64,000 bases of DNA from assembly GCA_022813965.1 (NCBI GenBank), contig JALDZS010000011.1, positions 1 to 64,000 on the forward strand, in the 5' to 3' direction. The DNA comes from Toensbergia leucococca (lineage: Eukaryota). The translations under genes were made by a program, and so were the position numbers. Under the pieces are notes generated by a model. It had not been told where the DNA came from. It was given only the letters and a program-made list of their open reading frames with translations, and searched no databases. Shown piece by piece: positions 60,954 through 64,000 of the stretch (within the stretch, counting starts at the first letter, position 1; the number at the start of each line of letters is the position of its first letter).

Positions 60954-62900
60954 ATGGCAGGAGTCGAGGTTGCCGGCCTCGTTTTAGGCTCCTTCCCAAT
61001 ATTGCTAAATTGTCTCGACTATTATCGTCAAGGATTTGAGCCATTAGAAGAATGGTGGCACTTTCGGACGCATTTCATCGCCTTCGTTGACGATATAAGA
61101 CACCAGATGATGAGATACAATGAGAATATGGTTCGACTGCTCGATCCGATCATTTCGGACAGTGACAGCCTGACCACATTAGTCCGGGATGCGAGGGATC
61201 GTCGCTGGACAGATGGCAGCCTTGCTGACCCTTTGGAACAGCGTCTTGCCAGTGAATATGGGAGAGTGCTTAGAATTATCAAGAGAATGGAAGAAGTGGT
61301 GGGGGATTTGAAAAAACTTCTGCGGATCAAAGACGGCAATGTACGTTTCAAATACGATTAGCAGTTTCTTCCCCTATGGCATGAACTAATTCGACTTTTT
61401 GCATAGGTACACTGGATTGGATCAGAAGAGCAGCGGCCATGGGTGTGGCATCTGATGCGTATCCAGATCAGTCTGTCGAAAGGCAAGACCAGAAAGGTCA
61501 GAAGACTCGCAACGCATAACCAAGAACTCCAAGAGATTCTCGGCTACAGTGAGCGAATCATCCCAATTGCAGACGAAAGAAAGTCTTCCAATCCAGTCAA
61601 ACTTTTCGAAGACATTCGACAGCATGCTTGTGCCGTGCATAATGTCCTTAAACGCCATTGGAAATGCTCTGGTCGTAATTGTCAGGCTCATCAGGCCCAT
61701 CTTAATCTACAAGCCGAAACCAAAATTGTCAGTCTGAACGTGCTCTTCATCCTCGAAGGCAAGCAAGGGCCACTTTTACGGCGTACGAAACAAGATGTGA
61801 TGATACTTCCAGCCAACGGCGACGCCGCTCGAGGGTTAGCAACGACGCAAATTAGCTATGTCGAACAAGCCTCTAGCTTCACAGCAGTGCAAGAAAGCTT
61901 CGAAGACGCCAAGAATAGGAAAAAAGCATCTAGCTTCAGCAAGATGTTCTCCAAAGGACCAAAGAACGCATCGCCGGCACCGTCATCTGTTAGCGTAGAC
62001 CCCTCGCGGGCTTTCACAAGCAGGAAGGCGAAGCAGGTACATTTTCAAACATCAATGCCCACGAATGCATTAGTACAAGAAACCTCTTTGAGAAGTCCTC
62101 CGGCTGCCACTACAGGCATCAATCATCTGTCTTCTCAAAGCATTGTTGATCTCTGCTCGTCCTTGCGAAATTGTCGAGACACCAGCTTTGGAGTTATTAT
62201 CGATGAATTCGACCGCATATTTCAGCTTTCAAAACCCCTCGAGCCCAGCTCAGCAACAATAGCGCCGGATTCGGCAAGACTGGTGCCTTTGCCCAATCTT
62301 CTTGATGCATACCACCAGGCTAGTATGGAGATCACCAGACAACATCGATTTGGCATGGCCGTCCACATCGCATCCGCACTGCTTCAAGTCCAGATGACGC
62401 CCTGGCTCTCCGATAGATGGTCCAAGCATGAGCTCTACTTTCTCGCGGATACCAACGCCGTCTATAGCGACCGCCCCTACGTCTCTCAAGCGTTTGTCTC
62501 CGACCTGACAGGACCACCAGAGCCGGTGACCAACAACCAGTTGGTCACTTCTCCATCTATCTCCGAAGAAGACACACGCAGTTCTCTTTTCACCGTTGGC
62601 GTAATAATCCTGGAGCTGATTTTTGGCCACAATATCGAGTCCTGCAGTTTCCGCCACCTCTACTACGGCTCCAATAACCAACCGAACGACCAAACAGACG
62701 TAAGCACGGCACGGAAGTGGGCGCAGAAGGTACTGGGGGAGTGTGGAGTGGAAATCGCCGACGTGGTACGGAGGTGTTTAGATTGTTCCTTTGGCCCAAG
62801 GCCAAGCTTCAAAGATAAGAGATTTAGGGAGGCGGTTTATGAGGGCGTAATCAGGCCATTGGCGGAGTATTCAAAGACATGGCAGGTGACTATGAAGTAA
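60954..62900 (+). CDS. HeLo-like N-terminus plus DUF7580-type kinase-like C-terminal domain protein; intron ~61341-61406
   Basis: MAGVEVAGLVLGSFPILL…LDYY N-terminal helix; WKCS…H; DLCSSL; RFGMAVHIASALLQ…TPWL..WSK; LFTVGVIILELIFG; ADVVRRCLDC..F…VYEGVIRPL. Confidence 0.85.
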
Positions 62901-62957
62901 CAACTTATAGGATAAGATCTGACCTTACTTCCGATCGTCTCTATTTTCCCATCAGTT

Positions 62958-63015
62958 TGGGCACCAATATTTGTCTCAGCCAAAGGGTGCCCGCTGAGAC
63001 AAACATTGGTGCCCA
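62958..63015. repeat. 23-bp near-perfect inverted repeat with 12-nt spacer
   Basis: TGGGCACCAATATTTGTCTCAGC / GCTGAGACAAACATTGGTGCCCA, one mismatch. Confidence 0.9.
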
Positions 63016-63686
63016 TTGTAACAAAATATAGAAAATCTGTGATATCACCTCGAGGAACGTTAAGCAGAACACCTTCGGTCATATCCTCGGAGGAATATGA
63101 CTGACTCTTTTGCTCAATGATGATGAAGATGTATATTAAAGGCGATAAAGTCATGAGTTAAGGAGATGAAATTGCAAAAGTGCTAAATAGTCACTGAAGG
63201 TGAAATTAAACATGATTAAGAAGTCACTAACTGATTTAAATGTTCACAGACTGCACTAAGCTTTTAGCTTTTACTCAACATCCGAGGTCATTTTTGAGTT
63301 CAGTCTTGCTAGCTAGCATACAGCATCTAAACACCCTAAGAAGGAGGTGCATACCTAGGCCTCAAACCGTCACTTGAGATAATCCAAAGCTTAAGTGATC
63401 AGATCAAAGATAATAAGACATTTGATGAGTTTAGTCTGCAGTCAGTAAAGAACCAATAAAGGACTGAGCAATGAGTGTGTTAACGGGTCATGTACTGAAT
63501 AAGGGGCACACAAGGTTGGGGTTGTTCACAGATCAAAAGGCCAAAAAGCCCCTATGCAAAGGGAATCTAGCAATACGAAGGAGGGTAGTGACCGCACTCT
63601 CATTAGTATAGGTGGTTATGAATCCATGTTGCCAGCAACGTACCAAAAGCAAAGAAATTGACACAGACCAAGAAAGAAGACAGGGT

Positions 63687-64000
63687 TCAATGACTAGGCC
63701 ACCTTCCTTTGACTGCCTCCACCAGCCCTGCTCTCGCGACCACTTCCTTACTCCTCATCTCCGCCTCCCTAATTACCTCCCTCTCATCCATAGTCATCAG
63801 CTTCCCTCCCCTCACTACAACCTTCCCATCCACAACCACCATATCCACATCCCGCCCCGTAGCCGAGTAAACCACCGCACTCACAGGAGAAAACCATGGC
63901 TGCATCCCTACACCCCTCACATCCACAGCTACAAAGTCAGCCTTCTTCCCAACCTCTAGACTCCCTATCGAATCCTCCATCCCCAGAGCCCTCGCCCCAT
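63687..64000 (-). CDS. Amidohydrolase family (MTA/SAH deaminase-like), C-terminal part only
   Basis: GARALGMEDSIGSLEVGKKADFVAVD…P…PVSAVVYSA…DVDMVVVDGKVVVRGG. Confidence 0.9.
   Translation of the reverse strand, partial: GARALGMEDSIGSLEVGKKADFVAVDVRGVGMQPWFSPVSAVVYSATGRDVDMVVVDGKVVVRGGKLMTMDEREVIREAEMRSKEVVARAGLVEAVKGRWPSH

Noticed and set aside
1..64000. CRISPR arrays, rRNA, tRNA, prokaryotic operons
   Set aside because: None seen; the sequence is intron-containing fungal DNA. A tRNAscan/Rfam run could still reveal small RNAs I missed.

Overview
Gene-dense eukaryotic DNA from a filamentous ascomycete (Pezizomycotina-type short GT-AG introns with CTRAY branch points). A lichen-forming lineage is plausible but cannot be shown from this window. 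About 27 protein-coding loci are supportable. Housekeeping genes: MPP6-like with zinc knuckle, NDUFS6, Vps75/NAP, insulysin/Ste23, a methyltransferase, an alpha/beta hydrolase and a partial amidohydrolase. Accessory genes: two paralogous Kex2-processed FOLD/SIX6-like secreted proteins, PTH11-like, DUF2235, two F-box-like genes, a giant NACHT-TPR protein, a membrane aspartic pseudo-protease, Gly- and Ser/Thr-rich repeat proteins, a Pol-beta-like nucleotidyltransferase, and a head-to-head ZnF-TPR / HeLo-like-DUF7580 pair. There is also a Copia remnant and a MITE-like foldback. The strongest unannotated signal is a ~1.6 kb non-coding interval (~19350-20990, + strand). By hand it folds into the telomerase RNA core (P1, template-boundary hairpin, template, P2a/P2b/P3 pseudoknot), and the candidate template predicts a non-canonical 13-nt telomere repeat, TTAGGAGCGAGGA. 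A second, ~570-nt structured RNA candidate lies just downstream of Vps75. All RNA structures were paired by eye and all family calls are from motif recognition, not database searches.
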